Position numbers and translations under genes: made by a program. From Candidatus Latescibacterota bacterium (GTDB lineage Bacteria > Latescibacterota > UBA2968 > UBA8231), in contig OZ241889.1 of the NCBI GenBank assembly GCA_965203355.1, positions 1,760,001-1,824,000 of the forward strand: DNA of 64,000 bases, given 5' to 3'. This document shows, one piece after another, positions 10,197-19,635 of the stretch (positions are counted from its first letter, which is position 1; the number at the start of each line of letters is the position of its first letter). The notes under the pieces are model-generated. The model did not search any database. It worked only from the letters and a program-made list of their open reading frames with translations, and had not been told where the DNA came from.

Positions 10197-10802
10197 ATGT
10201 GGTGCTGGATCGCGTTTATCTTATTGTTGCCCGGCGTGGCTGAAGCCGGGAAGGCCCAAGGGGCGTTTTGGCGCTCCTTGCTGGTGCCCGGGTGGGGGCA
10301 GCAGTACGCACGCGGCGGCGGCGGTGGCTTCTTGGCTGCTGAGTTGGCACTTTGGGGCGGCTATTGGGGTTTTGAGTGGCTGGGTCAGATGCGCCGCGAT
10401 CGCTACCAAGCGTATGCGGCCGAGCGCGCGGGTGCGCGGCCCGAGGGCAAGGGGCGCGACTATTTCGACGACTTGGGGTTTTATGCGAGCCGGTTGGAGC
10501 ACAACCAGTTCGCCCGCTACGAGGACGGCCCAGACGCCGAGCTCTATCCAGTAGAAGCGGATTTTTTCTGGGAATGGGATCGCGACGAGTCGCGCCAGCA
10601 CTACCGCGCGTTGCGCAATGCGAGCCAGCACGCGCAGCGGCAGGCACTCTACGTAACGGGGTTGGTGGTCGTCAATCACCTCGTGGCCGCCATCCATGCG
10701 GCGCGGATGGCTAGCGCGGAGCAAGCTCAAACGGGCTTCGCGCCCCAGGTGGCGGTGGGGCCTGGGGGAGCGGCGTTCTTCCTCGTGCGGCATTTCTACT
10801 GA
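10197..10802 (+). CDS. Hypothetical protein, shorter paralog of the upstream gene
   Basis: RSLLVPGWGQ and NHLVAAIHA motifs match the upstream ORF. Confidence 0.65.
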   Translation: MWCWIAFILLLPGVAEAGKAQGAFWRSLLVPGWGQQYARGGGGGFLAAELALWGGYWGFEWLGQMRRDRYQAYAAERAGARPEGKGRDYFDDLGFYASRLEHNQFARYEDGPDAELYPVEADFFWEWDRDESRQHYRALRNASQHAQRQALYVTGLVVVNHLVAAIHAARMASAEQAQTGFAPQVAVGPGGAAFFLVRHFY

Positions 10803-12385
10803 TGGCCGGCTTTTTTCCGCGAGTGGCTTGGGCCGCGTGGATGCTCTTGCTGCCGCTGGAGGTCGCAGCCCAAGAGCGGATATGCGGGACGCGCTGGCTT
10901 GAGCAGCACCGCGCGTCTTTCCCCGCGTCGGCCGCCAAGGCCGCAGGCGCAAGTCAAGAAGCAGGCCCGATTGAAGTGGGAACCCAGCGCGCCTTTTACG
11001 TGCCGACTGAATTCGCGCTCAAGTTGGCCACTTGCCGCTACAAGGGGACGCACTGCTATATCTTCGTCGAAGAAAGTCAGTGGGACGTCATCGCGGCCCA
11101 GCCGGATGTAGATAAGCTGGGTGCGCTTTTCGACGCGGCGACTCCGGCGGATCCCGCGCGCGGCGTATTTGAAATAGCGGTCGATGCCTTTGGCGAGCCT
11201 GCTGACAAAGACGGCGACCCTCGCCTCTTCATGCTGATTTTGGACCTTCCGGGGAATATAGTCGGCTATTTCGACCCCGCGCTGTACGAGCGGGCTCAGC
11301 CCGAATTGCAGCGCGATACGATTTACCTCGACGCGAACACGCTGGCCTTCCGTGCCTATCTCGCCCACGCCACCTTAGCGCACGAATTTCAGCACCTCAT
11401 CCATTGGAGCCGCGATGCCGACGAGGAGGCATGGATCGACGAAGGACTTGCTGGGTACGCCGAGGATCTGGTGGGTTTCCCCGAAGCGGATCCGAGCATG
11501 GTGCCGAGTTTTCTCGCCGATCCCAGTATCAATCTGACGCACTGGACGTCTAGTTCCGCTAGCTACGGCAAGACGTATCTGTTCGCCTCGTTTTTGGCCG
11601 ACCGCTATGGTGCGGGGCTGATTCGCCAAATCGTCGCTGAGCCGCGCAACGGCATTTTGGGCATTGACGACGCGTTCAAGAACCAAAACTGGGTCGAGGA
11701 TTACGCGGGTGCTTGGCGGTTGTGGATTGCGGCTAACTATGCGGGTGGGTACGAGGCCCTGCGCGGTCGCCGGGCCGCTGCGATGGCCGCGCCCGAGGTG
11801 CCTTTCGCAAAACTGGCCGGCGCGGTTGGCAACCAATGGGGCGCGGCCAATGTGGTCATTCGCCCAGCGGGCGATGTAGCCGTTGATTTCGCGGGCGCGG
11901 CCGAGGGGGACTATGCCGTGTGGGTGTACGCCCAGCGCGCCCAGCGCGGCGAACTGATGGCGATGGAACTTAGCGCGGATAATGCTGGGCAGGTACAGGT
12001 TGCGGATGTGGACAGCGCAGCGGTCATCGTCGGCCGGGCTTCGCCGACGGGTGGAGCGTTTGCTCTCGCGGCTCGGTATTTTACGCCCACGGTCGTAGCC
12101 ATGCGGGTTGAGGAGCGGGCCGGAGCCAGCGGCTTGGCACCGGTTTATCCGAACCCGGCCAACAGCGCGGTGAGTCTGTCCTTTCGCTTGGCAAGGGAAG
12201 CGGACGTCGAGCTGGCGATATACAATGTCTTAGGCCAGCGCACGGCCCTTTTGGTGGCCGAGCGGCTCGGGGCTGGTCAGCACTGGGCGCGCTGGCGCGG
12301 CGACCGGGCGGCGAGCGGGGCGTATTGGGCTGTGTTGAAGGTCGGCGGGGAAACGCGAATGCGTCGGTTGATGTTGGTCCGGTGA
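10802..12385 (+). CDS. Secreted zinc metalloprotease (M30/hyicolysin-like) with T9SS-type CTD
   Basis: Signal peptide; TLAHEFQHLIH...WIDEGLA; VYPNP...IYNVLGQ...ASGAY CTD. Confidence 0.75.
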   Translation: MAGFFPRVAWAAWMLLLPLEVAAQERICGTRWLEQHRASFPASAAKAAGASQEAGPIEVGTQRAFYVPTEFALKLATCRYKGTHCYIFVEESQWDVIAAQPDVDKLGALFDAATPADPARGVFEIAVDAFGEPADKDGDPRLFMLILDLPGNIVGYFDPALYERAQPELQRDTIYLDANTLAFRAYLAHATLAHEFQHLIHWSRDADEEAWIDEGLAGYAEDLVGFPEADPSMVPSFLADPSINLTHWTSSSASYGKTYLFASFLADRYGAGLIRQIVAEPRNGILGIDDAFKNQNWVEDYAGAWRLWIAANYAGGYEALRGRRAAAMAAPEVPFAKLAGAVGNQWGAANVVIRPAGDVAVDFAGAAEGDYAVWVYAQRAQRGELMAMELSADNAGQVQVADVDSAAVIVGRASPTGGAFALAARYFTPTVVAMRVEERAGASGLAPVYPNPANSAVSLSFRLAREADVELAIYNVLGQRTALLVAERLGAGQHWARWRGDRAASGAYWAVLKVGGETRMRRLMLVR

Positions 12386-12558
12386 AAGTGGGAATTAGAC
12401 ACTCGAAGGCTCCTTCTAGAGCAGCCTAGGCCTGGGGAAGCCCCGCGCCGTTCTAAGCCGCTTGACGGCCCGTTGAAGTAGTCCGACGAGAATCTTAAAA
12501 AGGCTTCTGAGGCACTCAGGTATATAATTCCCTAAAATTTTGTCTTGGGCTGTTTGAT

Positions 12559-12590
12559 GGGGGATGCGCTGCGGCGCGTCCCTTTTTATT
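12559..12590. terminator. Intrinsic terminator between convergent genes
   Basis: GGGATGCGC-tgcg-GCGCGTCCC followed by TTTTT. Confidence 0.55.
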
Positions 12591-13434
12591 TGGGCACCGC
12601 TTTGATATTGTCAATCAGCCGGACGTTGGCCAGGCGCACGGCGAGGGCGATGACGACCGGGCCGGCGATGTGGGCTGTTTCTTCGAGCGTGTCCGGGTGG
12701 GCGATGGAAATGTAGTCAATGGACGCATCGAGTGTGTGCTCGATGTGCGCCCGCAGCGCGGCGATGACTTGGCTGGCGTCGCGTTCGCCCTGTTCGATTT
12801 GTTCGCGGCCCATGGTGAGTGCTTCGTAGAGGGCCGATGCGCGCTGCCGCTCTATTGCGCTGAGCAGGACGTTGCGCGAGCTCATGGCCAGGCCGTTTGC
12901 TTCGCGCACGGTGGGGGCAACCTCGATGTGCAAGCCCAAGTTCAAATCGCGCACTAGGCGACGAATGATGGTCGCCTGCTGGTAGTCTTTTTGGCCGAAG
13001 ACGGCTAGGTGCGGTTTGACGGCGGTAAATAGCTTGGTCACTACGGTGGTGACGCCGCGAAAGTGACCGGGGCGGAAAGGGCCGCACAGCCCCTTGGCTA
13101 GCGCTTCGACCTCGACGAAGGTCGAGAAGTCTGAGGGATAGAATTCCGCTGTTTGGGGATGGAATACTGCATCGACGCCTCGGCGGGACAACAGGTCGAG
13201 GTCGCGCTCCATGTTGCGCGGATAGATCGCGAAGTCTTCTTGCGGCCCGAATTGCAGCGGGTTGACGAAGATGCTGACGACCGTGCGGTTTGCCGCTTTG
13301 AGGCTGTGATCGACCAAGCTGAGATGCCCCTCGTGCAAAAACCCCATCGTCGGCACCAGCCCGACGCACAGGCCCGCGCCGCGCCAAGCGTCGGATTGCC
13401 GCTGCATTTCCGCAATGGAATCAATGCGTTGCAA
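12586..13434 (-). CDS. panC: Pantoate--beta-alanine ligase
   Basis: VPTMGFLHEGHLSL, SIFVNPLQF, FGQKDYQQ, GLAMSSRN, RLIDN; TTG start inferred. Confidence 0.95.
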   Translation of the reverse strand: MQRIDSIAEMQRQSDAWRGAGLCVGLVPTMGFLHEGHLSLVDHSLKAANRTVVSIFVNPLQFGPQEDFAIYPRNMERDLDLLSRRGVDAVFHPQTAEFYPSDFSTFVEVEALAKGLCGPFRPGHFRGVTTVVTKLFTAVKPHLAVFGQKDYQQATIIRRLVRDLNLGLHIEVAPTVREANGLAMSSRNVLLSAIERQRASALYEALTMGREQIEQGERDASQVIAALRAHIEHTLDASIDYISIAHPDTLEETAHIAGPVVIALAVRLANVRLIDNIKAVPK

Positions 13435-13945
13435 GACGCACCTTTTCAGGTCGGGCGAGGGGGCCGATGGCCTGGGCTGCGCGACCGTTGAGTGCGGCGC
13501 GGTACGCCGCAAATGGCTGGCCGGTGATCGGATGGCTAAGGCGCGGGGCGATTTCGCAGAGGGGCACCAGCACAAAGCTGCGCTCGTGCATGTGCGGATG
13601 CGGCAGGGTCAGATCCGCGCTTGCGACGACGCGCTCGCCATAGAGCAACAGGTCGAGGTCGAGGGTGCGCGGCCCCCAGCGAATGCGGCGTTGTCGCTGG
13701 TGTTTTTTTTCTGCGGCGAGCAGGGCGACGAGCAGCGGCTCGGGCGCGAGCGCAGTTTCTATGGCAAAAACGGCGTTGAGGAAATCCGGTTGCGCGACCG
13801 GCCCCACTGGCGGGGTTTCGTAGGCTTGGGAGACCTCGGCCAAGCGCGTGTTGGGGAGTGCGGCGACTTCTCTGAGTCCGGCTTCAAGGTACGCCTGGCG
13901 GTCGCCGAGGTTGCTGCCGATGGCGATGTAAGCACGCTCAAGCAT
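13421..13945 (-). CDS. folK: 2-amino-4-hydroxy-6-hydroxymethyldihydropteridine diphosphokinase
   Basis: IAIGSNLGDR, RWGPRTLDLDLL, LPHP, RSFVLVPL. Confidence 0.95.
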   Translation of the reverse strand: MLERAYIAIGSNLGDRQAYLEAGLREVAALPNTRLAEVSQAYETPPVGPVAQPDFLNAVFAIETALAPEPLLVALLAAEKKHQRQRRIRWGPRTLDLDLLLYGERVVASADLTLPHPHMHERSFVLVPLCEIAPRLSHPITGQPFAAYRAALNGRAAQAIGPLARPEKVRLATH

Positions 13946-14303
13946 AGGAGCGGTGTATTTCGATTTCGACGCCGTCGAAGTGCGCGGCTACTGGGGGGTT
14001 GGGTTTGCGTACGCGGACGACGAGTTCGACCGGGGCGCAGTAGGTGCCCACCTTCTCGGCGACGCGCTCGGCGAGGGCTTCGATCAATTTGCAGGGTTCA
14101 CCCGTGACTACATCGGCCACCAGCGCGTACACCGCTGGATAGTTGATCGCCGCGGCCATATCGTCGCTGCACCCTGCCTGGCGAAAGTCGCCGTAGAGTT
14201 CGACATCGACCTCGTAGTGCTGGCCGAGCGCGGTCTCTTCGGGGAAAAGCCCGTGATAGGCAAAAAAGCGCATGTTGCACAGACGGAGTGCGTCGTTGGG
14301 CAT
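13938..14303 (-). CDS. folB: Dihydroneopterin aldolase
   Basis: FFAYHGLFPEE..LGQ, INY, LIEALAE, VRKP. Confidence 0.93.
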   Translation of the reverse strand: MPNDALRLCNMRFFAYHGLFPEETALGQHYEVDVELYGDFRQAGCSDDMAAAINYPAVYALVADVVTGEPCKLIEALAERVAEKVGTYCAPVELVVRVRKPNPPVAAHFDGVEIEIHRSYA

Positions 14304-14312
14304 GGCAAAAGC

Positions 14313-15620
14313 TCAGCTGCGCCCCAAGGCCCGGTAGGCGATGTCGCGGCGGCAATAGGCGTTGTCAAAGGCGATCTGATCGACCGCTGAGTAGGCTTTG
14401 GCGACGGCCGCTTGGATGTCGGCGTCCGTGGCCGTCACGCAAAGCACCCGGCCGCCATCCGTAATGAAACGACCGTTGCGCTGGGCCGTTCCAGCGTGAA
14501 AGACGAGAAGGTCGCTGCGGTCGGCAAAAGCCTCCAAGCCGCGGATCTCAAAGCCCTTCTCGTAAAATTGCGGATAGCCGTCCGAGGCCATGACCACGCA
14601 GACGGCCGCCCCGGTCGCGCATTCGACTTGCACCTGATCCAAACGGCCATCGGCGGCGGCGATGAGCACATCGACGAGGTCGGTTTTGAGCAGGGGCATG
14701 AGTATCTGGCATTCGGGGTCGCCGAAGCGGGCGTTGAACTCTACGACTTTGACGCCCACGTCGGTACACATCAATCCGCAGTAAAGCACGCCTTGGTACG
14801 GGGTGCCGAGCCGCCGCATTTCGGCGAGCACGGGCCGGATGATGCGCTCCTCGGCCTCGCGCACTCGGGCGGGCGTCATCACCGGGGCCGGGGCGTAGGC
14901 TCCCATGCCGCCGGTGTTGGGACCTTTGTCGCCGTCGTAGATGGGTTTGTGATCTTGGGCGGGCGGCAGCGTGATAAAATGCTCGCCATCGCAGATTGCA
15001 AAGAGCGAGGCTTCCTCGCCGGTCATGTATTCCTCGACGACGATGTGGTGGCCGGCCCGGCCTAAGGTGCCTTGGTCGAGCATATCGCGTGTGGCTGCGA
15101 GGGCTTTTTCTACGCTCTGACAGACGACCGCGCCCTTGCCGGCGGCCAGGCCGCTGGCCTTGACCACGATCGGGGCTCCTTGCTGGCGGATATAGGCACT
15201 GGCGGCTTGGCTATCGGTGAAACTTTGGTGCCGAGCGGTGGGGACGCCGACGCGCTGCATCAGCTCTTTGGCGAAGACTTTGCTGCTTTCGATGCGTGCC
15301 GCCGCTTCCGTGGGGCCGAAGATCGCCAAGCCACTGGCGCGGAAGCGATCGACAATGCCGCCGGCCAGGGCGTCGTCTGGGCCGACGACGGTCAGCCCGA
15401 TTTGCCGCTCGTGGGCAAAGGCGATCAGACGCTCGATTTCGCTGGTGAGTTTGTCGCGCTCGGCCACCGGGGTATCGACGCGGATATCGACGCATTCAGC
15501 GAGGGAGGCCATGCCGGGATTGCCGGGGGCCGCGTAGAGTTTGTCGATGCGCTGGCTCTGCGCCAGCTTCCACACGAGGGCGTGTTCGCGCCCGCCTTTG
15601 CCGACGACTAAGACGTTCAT
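14313..15620 (-). CDS. purD: Phosphoribosylamine--glycine ligase
   Basis: VGKGGREHAL, VVKASGLAAGKG, QDHK, GPNTGGMGAY, EFNARFGDPE. Confidence 0.97.
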   Translation of the reverse strand: MNVLVVGKGGREHALVWKLAQSQRIDKLYAAPGNPGMASLAECVDIRVDTPVAERDKLTSEIERLIAFAHERQIGLTVVGPDDALAGGIVDRFRASGLAIFGPTEAAARIESSKVFAKELMQRVGVPTARHQSFTDSQAASAYIRQQGAPIVVKASGLAAGKGAVVCQSVEKALAATRDMLDQGTLGRAGHHIVVEEYMTGEEASLFAICDGEHFITLPPAQDHKPIYDGDKGPNTGGMGAYAPAPVMTPARVREAEERIIRPVLAEMRRLGTPYQGVLYCGLMCTDVGVKVVEFNARFGDPECQILMPLLKTDLVDVLIAAADGRLDQVQVECATGAAVCVVMASDGYPQFYEKGFEIRGLEAFADRSDLLVFHAGTAQRNGRFITDGGRVLCVTATDADIQAAVAKAYSAVDQIAFDNAYCRRDIAYRALGRS

Positions 15621-15639
15621 TGGTGCTCCTTTCTCAGGA

Positions 15640-16566
15640 TCAGAGATAGCCAAATTCTCGCAAGTCGCGCTCTTTGTCGCGCCAGTCTGGACGGACTTTT
15701 ACCCACAGCTCTACATAGACGGGCGCGTCGAGCAGTTCCTCTAAGGCCGCACGCGCTTTGCGTCCGATTGACCGCAGGCGCGTGCCCTTCTTGCCGATGA
15801 CGATGCCCTTCTGACTCTCGCGCCCGACGTAGATAATGGCGCGAATGTAGGTTTTGTGGCCGGGGCGTTGGCGGAATTCCTCGATGTGGATGTTGATGGC
15901 GTACGGTAGCTCGTCTTCGAGGTGCTCAAAAGCTACCTCGCGGATGCGCTCGGCGGCAAAAAACCGCTCGGGCTGTTCGGCCACCATATCGTCCGGGTAG
16001 AGCTTGGGGCCGCAAGGTAGTTGGGCCTCTAAGCGCGCCAGCAATTTGCCGAGTCCGTCGCCGCGCCGGGCCGAGATCGGAATCGGACTGGCGATGGCGA
16101 ACTCGGCCGCGATGCTTTTTTGCAGGCCGTCTAGCTGGGTGGGTTTTAGCAGGTCAATTTTGTTGAGCGCGGCCAAGACGGGTGCCCGTGTGCGCGTTAA
16201 GAAGTGCTTTACTAGCGCCCGGCGGTCTTGGGGGCGGGAGGCGTCGAACAGCAGCAGGACGAGGTCGGCTTGACGGGCGGCTTGGTCGATCTGATGGGCC
16301 ATGGTCTCGTGCAACTTGTAGGAGGACTCCAGCAGGCCCGGCGTGTCCAAGAAAATCATCTGGCTCTGTGGGCGGGTGAGGATGCCGAGGATGCGGCTGC
16401 GAGTCGTTTGCGGCTTGGCGGTGACAATGGAGAGCCGTTGGCCCAAGAAGGCGTTGAAGAGGGTGGACTTCCCGGCGTTGGGGCGACCGGCTAGGGCTAC
16501 GTAGCCGACGCGGGGTTGCTCAGAAGCGGAAACTGGCGGACAACTGATACGTTGCTTCGAGTGCAT
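15640..16566 (-). CDS. era: GTPase Era (start uncertain)
   Basis: GRPNAGKSTL, KPQTTR, DTPG, NKID, KH domain SQKGIVIGKKG. Confidence 0.95.
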   Translation of the reverse strand: MHSKQRISCPPVSASEQPRVGYVALAGRPNAGKSTLFNAFLGQRLSIVTAKPQTTRSRILGILTRPQSQMIFLDTPGLLESSYKLHETMAHQIDQAARQADLVLLLFDASRPQDRRALVKHFLTRTRAPVLAALNKIDLLKPTQLDGLQKSIAAEFAIASPIPISARRGDGLGKLLARLEAQLPCGPKLYPDDMVAEQPERFFAAERIREVAFEHLEDELPYAINIHIEEFRQRPGHKTYIRAIIYVGRESQKGIVIGKKGTRLRSIGRKARAALEELLDAPVYVELWVKVRPDWRDKERDLREFGYL

Positions 16567-17446
16567 CGTGCTGCAAATAGGCGAGGTCGAGGTCGAGGGT
16601 GCGGTGCGGGGTGAACCCTAGCCCAAAGGCTTGGCGGCCTTCTTCCAATCCAGCCCGTAGGGCGATGTAATGATGGCGGTATTCTACGCCGGCGTTGAGC
16701 GGGACGTCGGTAGAGGCCGTGTCGCCGCCGGAACGGGTGGCTAGGAGGGCGGTGGTCTGGCCCCCGGCAATAGGTATGGCATACGCCACGCCCAAGAGCA
16801 GGGCGGGCTGGATGCGGTCGGTGCTGTCCGTATTCCAGATCATGGGCGTGGTGGTGATGTCGCGCACGTTGGCCGCTAACGCGATCTGGGGACTCAATTG
16901 GTAGCGTGCGCCTAGGTCGAGGCCGAAGCCATAGGCATTAAAGGCGGCGACGTGGCGGTAAATGGCCTTGGCACTTAGCCCTAGGGATAGGCGCGCACCG
17001 AGTCGGCGACTGCCCGACAGATACAGGGCATAATCCGCGCTTTGCTCGGTCGAGGCGATGCGCGGACGATTGTCGGTGCTGGGAGCCTGGAGGGGATCTG
17101 GCAGCTCGGTAAAGTGGATGTCGTCAAGGCCTAGGCGCACCACGCTCAGGGCCATGCCGTGCAAAAGGTGCCCTGGCCGGGCGATGGCGATAAAATCGCG
17201 CTGAACGAGGCCGGAGAAATGCTCGGAATGCGTCAGGTGAACTTGGCGACTGCTGAGGGCCGCGAGGCCAGCCGCATTCCAATAGCCTGCGGTGGCGTCG
17301 TCGGCAAGGGCCACATAGGCGCTGCCCAAGGCCGCCGAGCGGGCACCCGCGCCCAAGCCGAGAAACGCACCGGCGTAGCGCGAGGCAGCGTGTGTAGCTC
17401 CGGTCAATAACAGAGCTAGTGCAAGCGGAAGAAGACTCTTGGGCAT
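16520..17446 (-). CDS. Second PorV/PorQ-like beta-barrel protein
   Basis: FLGLGAGARSAALGSAYVALADDATAGYWNAAGL; ends SASFRF. Confidence 0.7.
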   Translation of the reverse strand: MPKSLLPLALALLLTGATHAASRYAGAFLGLGAGARSAALGSAYVALADDATAGYWNAAGLAALSSRQVHLTHSEHFSGLVQRDFIAIARPGHLLHGMALSVVRLGLDDIHFTELPDPLQAPSTDNRPRIASTEQSADYALYLSGSRRLGARLSLGLSAKAIYRHVAAFNAYGFGLDLGARYQLSPQIALAANVRDITTTPMIWNTDSTDRIQPALLLGVAYAIPIAGGQTTALLATRSGGDTASTDVPLNAGVEYRHHYIALRAGLEEGRQAFGLGFTPHRTLDLDLAYLQHDALEATYQLSASFRF

Positions 17447-17455
17447 GGGCTTAAA

Positions 17456-17484
17456 AAGCTAGCGGAAGGGGGGACGAGTGTCAA
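17456..17484 (-). promoter_or_regulatory. Sigma70 promoter for the porV2-era-purD-folB-folK-panC run
   Basis: TTGACA-17 nt-TAGCTT on the minus strand; the -10 ends about 10 nt before ATG 17446. Confidence 0.5.
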
Positions 17485-17524
17485 ATCGGCTCCCGGCATC
17501 CTTTCTTGCCAATGTGGCCGATTT

Positions 17525-18853
17525 TCAGGCTATAAGGACGATTTGCAGATCCATGACGTTGGTACCAGTAGGCCCGGTGATGACGAGGTCGCCCAACGCC
17601 GCAAAGAAGGAATAGGAGTCGTGGCGGTCGAGAAAGGCGCGGGCGTCGAGACCTTGGGCGCGGGCGCGGATCAAGGTCTGGCCGTCGGCAAGGGCGCCGG
17701 CCGCATCGGTGGGACCGTCGGTGCCGTCCGTGCCGCCCGAGAGCAGCGTGATGGCGGGCCAACCGTCGAGCTGGAGAGAGGCGGCTAAAGCCAATTCTTG
17801 GTTGCGACCGCCCTTGCCATCGCCGCACAGCGTGACGGTCGTCTCGCCGCCGACGAGGAGACAAGCGGGTCGGGCGATGGGACGGTCCGCTTCCGCGATT
17901 TCTTGGGCAATGGAGACTAATGCGGTCGCGGCATGGCACGCCTCGCCCTGCAAGCGGCTGGTGAGGACGCATACCTCGTAGCCGAGTTCGCTGGCTTTGT
18001 GCGCGGCTGCGTCCATGGCCAAGCGGCTGTTGCCAATGACAAAGCTCTCGGCGCGGGCAAAGCAAGGATCCCCGGGCTTGGGGGTTTCCGGTCGCTCGCC
18101 GCGGGCACCGGCTTCGAGGTGCCGACGGACTGGACTGGGGAGTTGGTGGCCCAGGTCGTAGCGATTGACTATTGCTAGGCAATCGTCAAAAGTCGTGGCG
18201 TCTGGGTGGGTCGGGCCGGAGGCGATGGTCTCGAGGGAGTCGCCGATGACATCCGAGAGCATGAGGGCGATCACGCGGGCTGGTGCAGCTACCCGAGCGA
18301 GCAAGCCACCCTTGATGGCCGAAAGGTGTTTGCGCAGGGCGTTGATTTCGTCGATAGTCGCGCCGCAGGCGAGCAGGAGGCGGGTGGTTTCTTGCTTTTC
18401 CGCGAGGGTTAGGCCCTCGGCCGGAGCGGGCAGCAAGGCCGAGCCGCCGCCGGAGAACAGGCCGAGGACCAGCGCGTCGGGAGCCAAGTTTGCTAGCAAT
18501 TCGAGTTGGCGCTGCGCACCGGCTACGCCCGCTTCGTCTGGGACTGGATGCCCGGCTTCAAAGGTCTCGACCCGCGCCAATGGCTGCGCGTGGCCGTACT
18601 TGGTGTTGATAGCCCCGCAGTCAATGCGGTCGCCGAGCATGGCCTCGGCGGCTGCGGCCATGGCCGCGGTGGCTTTGCCCGCGCCGACTAAGCGCAAGCT
18701 GGAAATGGAATCAAGGGGAAAGCAGAGCGGGCCACAGCACAACGCACCGCCCGTGACCTTGAGGGTTTGGTGAATGCAACGGCCGGGGTCGGCGGCCGCG
18801 ACTCCGGCCGCAAAAATGGTGTGCGCGTGCGCACGCCGCAAAGCAGCATCCAC
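17525..18853 (-). CDS. Glycerate 2-kinase (TtuD/MOFRL family)
   Basis: GAGKA, SGGGSAL, RKHLSAIKGG, SDVIGD, GGETTV, GGRNQE, GTDGTDG, TGTNVMD. Confidence 0.92.
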   Translation of the reverse strand: MDAALRRAHAHTIFAAGVAAADPGRCIHQTLKVTGGALCCGPLCFPLDSISSLRLVGAGKATAAMAAAAEAMLGDRIDCGAINTKYGHAQPLARVETFEAGHPVPDEAGVAGAQRQLELLANLAPDALVLGLFSGGGSALLPAPAEGLTLAEKQETTRLLLACGATIDEINALRKHLSAIKGGLLARVAAPARVIALMLSDVIGDSLETIASGPTHPDATTFDDCLAIVNRYDLGHQLPSPVRRHLEAGARGERPETPKPGDPCFARAESFVIGNSRLAMDAAAHKASELGYEVCVLTSRLQGEACHAATALVSIAQEIAEADRPIARPACLLVGGETTVTLCGDGKGGRNQELALAASLQLDGWPAITLLSGGTDGTDGPTDAAGALADGQTLIRARAQGLDARAFLDRHDSYSFFAALGDLVITGPTGTNVMDLQIVLIA

Positions 18854-18864
18854 CTAAGCGCACC

Positions 18865-19491
18865 TTAGAAGCGGCGCATGAGGCCCACAACTTTGCCGGC
18901 GATGCTGAACCCGTCGGCGTCGGGGGGGACGACGATGGGGTCGCACGCATCGTTTTCAGGCAGGAGCCGGATGCCGTCGGGGTCGGGAGCATAGCGCTTG
19001 ACCGTGGCCTCGTCGCCGAGCAGTGCGACGACGATATCGCCGCGCTCGGCGCGATCTTGCTGGCGGGCGATGACGATGTCGCCGTCGAGAATCCCGGCGT
19101 TGTACATGCTCTCGCCGTGGATGCGCAGCGCGAAGACATCGCCCGAAGCGGGAACGAGCGATGCATCGACATTGAGCGTGTTTTCGATGTTTTGAGTAGC
19201 GAGGATAGGGGTGCCGGCCGCGACTCGGCCAACGAGGGGCACTTCGCGCAGGTCCGTGGAAAGGGAGGCGGGCCTGACGTAATCGACCAGTTCAATGCCC
19301 CGGGAGCGGCGCGCCCGCCGGCGAATGTAGCCTTTTTTTTCCAAGGTCTCCAAGGTAGTGCGTACGCCATTGGTGGAGTTGATGCCAAAGACGTCCATGA
19401 TCTCGCGGATAGTGGGCGGGCCTCCAGAGCGAATTGCATGGGCGATGAAGTCGTAAATGGACTGCTGGCGCTTGGTTAGGGGTTTGGGCAT
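18865..19491 (-). CDS. lexA: SOS repressor LexA
   Basis: LTKRQ, PPTIREI, VAAG cleavage site, GESM (Ser), EATVKR (Lys). Confidence 0.95.
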   Translation of the reverse strand: MPKPLTKRQQSIYDFIAHAIRSGGPPTIREIMDVFGINSTNGVRTTLETLEKKGYIRRRARRSRGIELVDYVRPASLSTDLREVPLVGRVAAGTPILATQNIENTLNVDASLVPASGDVFALRIHGESMYNAGILDGDIVIARQQDRAERGDIVVALLGDEATVKRYAPDPDGIRLLPENDACDPIVVPPDADGFSIAGKVVGLMRRF

Positions 19492-19536
19492 GAGTGTAGC
19501 TCCATGTGGGAGAAGAGGTAAAAACAAAACATAAAA

Positions 19537-19565
19537 TATATACTGCACATTAGTTCATTTGTCAA
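19537..19565 (-). promoter_or_regulatory. lexA promoter with putative SOS box in the spacer
   Basis: TTGACA-17-TATATA; spacer contains TGAAC-taat-GTGCA (19544-19557), near GAAC-N4-GTTC. Confidence 0.6.
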
Positions 19566-19635
19566 TGGGCACCTCTTCGTCTAATTTGCCCTTTCACTAA
19601 CTGCTCGGGGTTTTTGCGCGACCGGGACGACGGAT

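Noticed and set aside
12386-12558. Possible degenerate MITE, faintly similar to 41800-41940
   Set aside because: Inverted repeats and similarity too weak to support by eye
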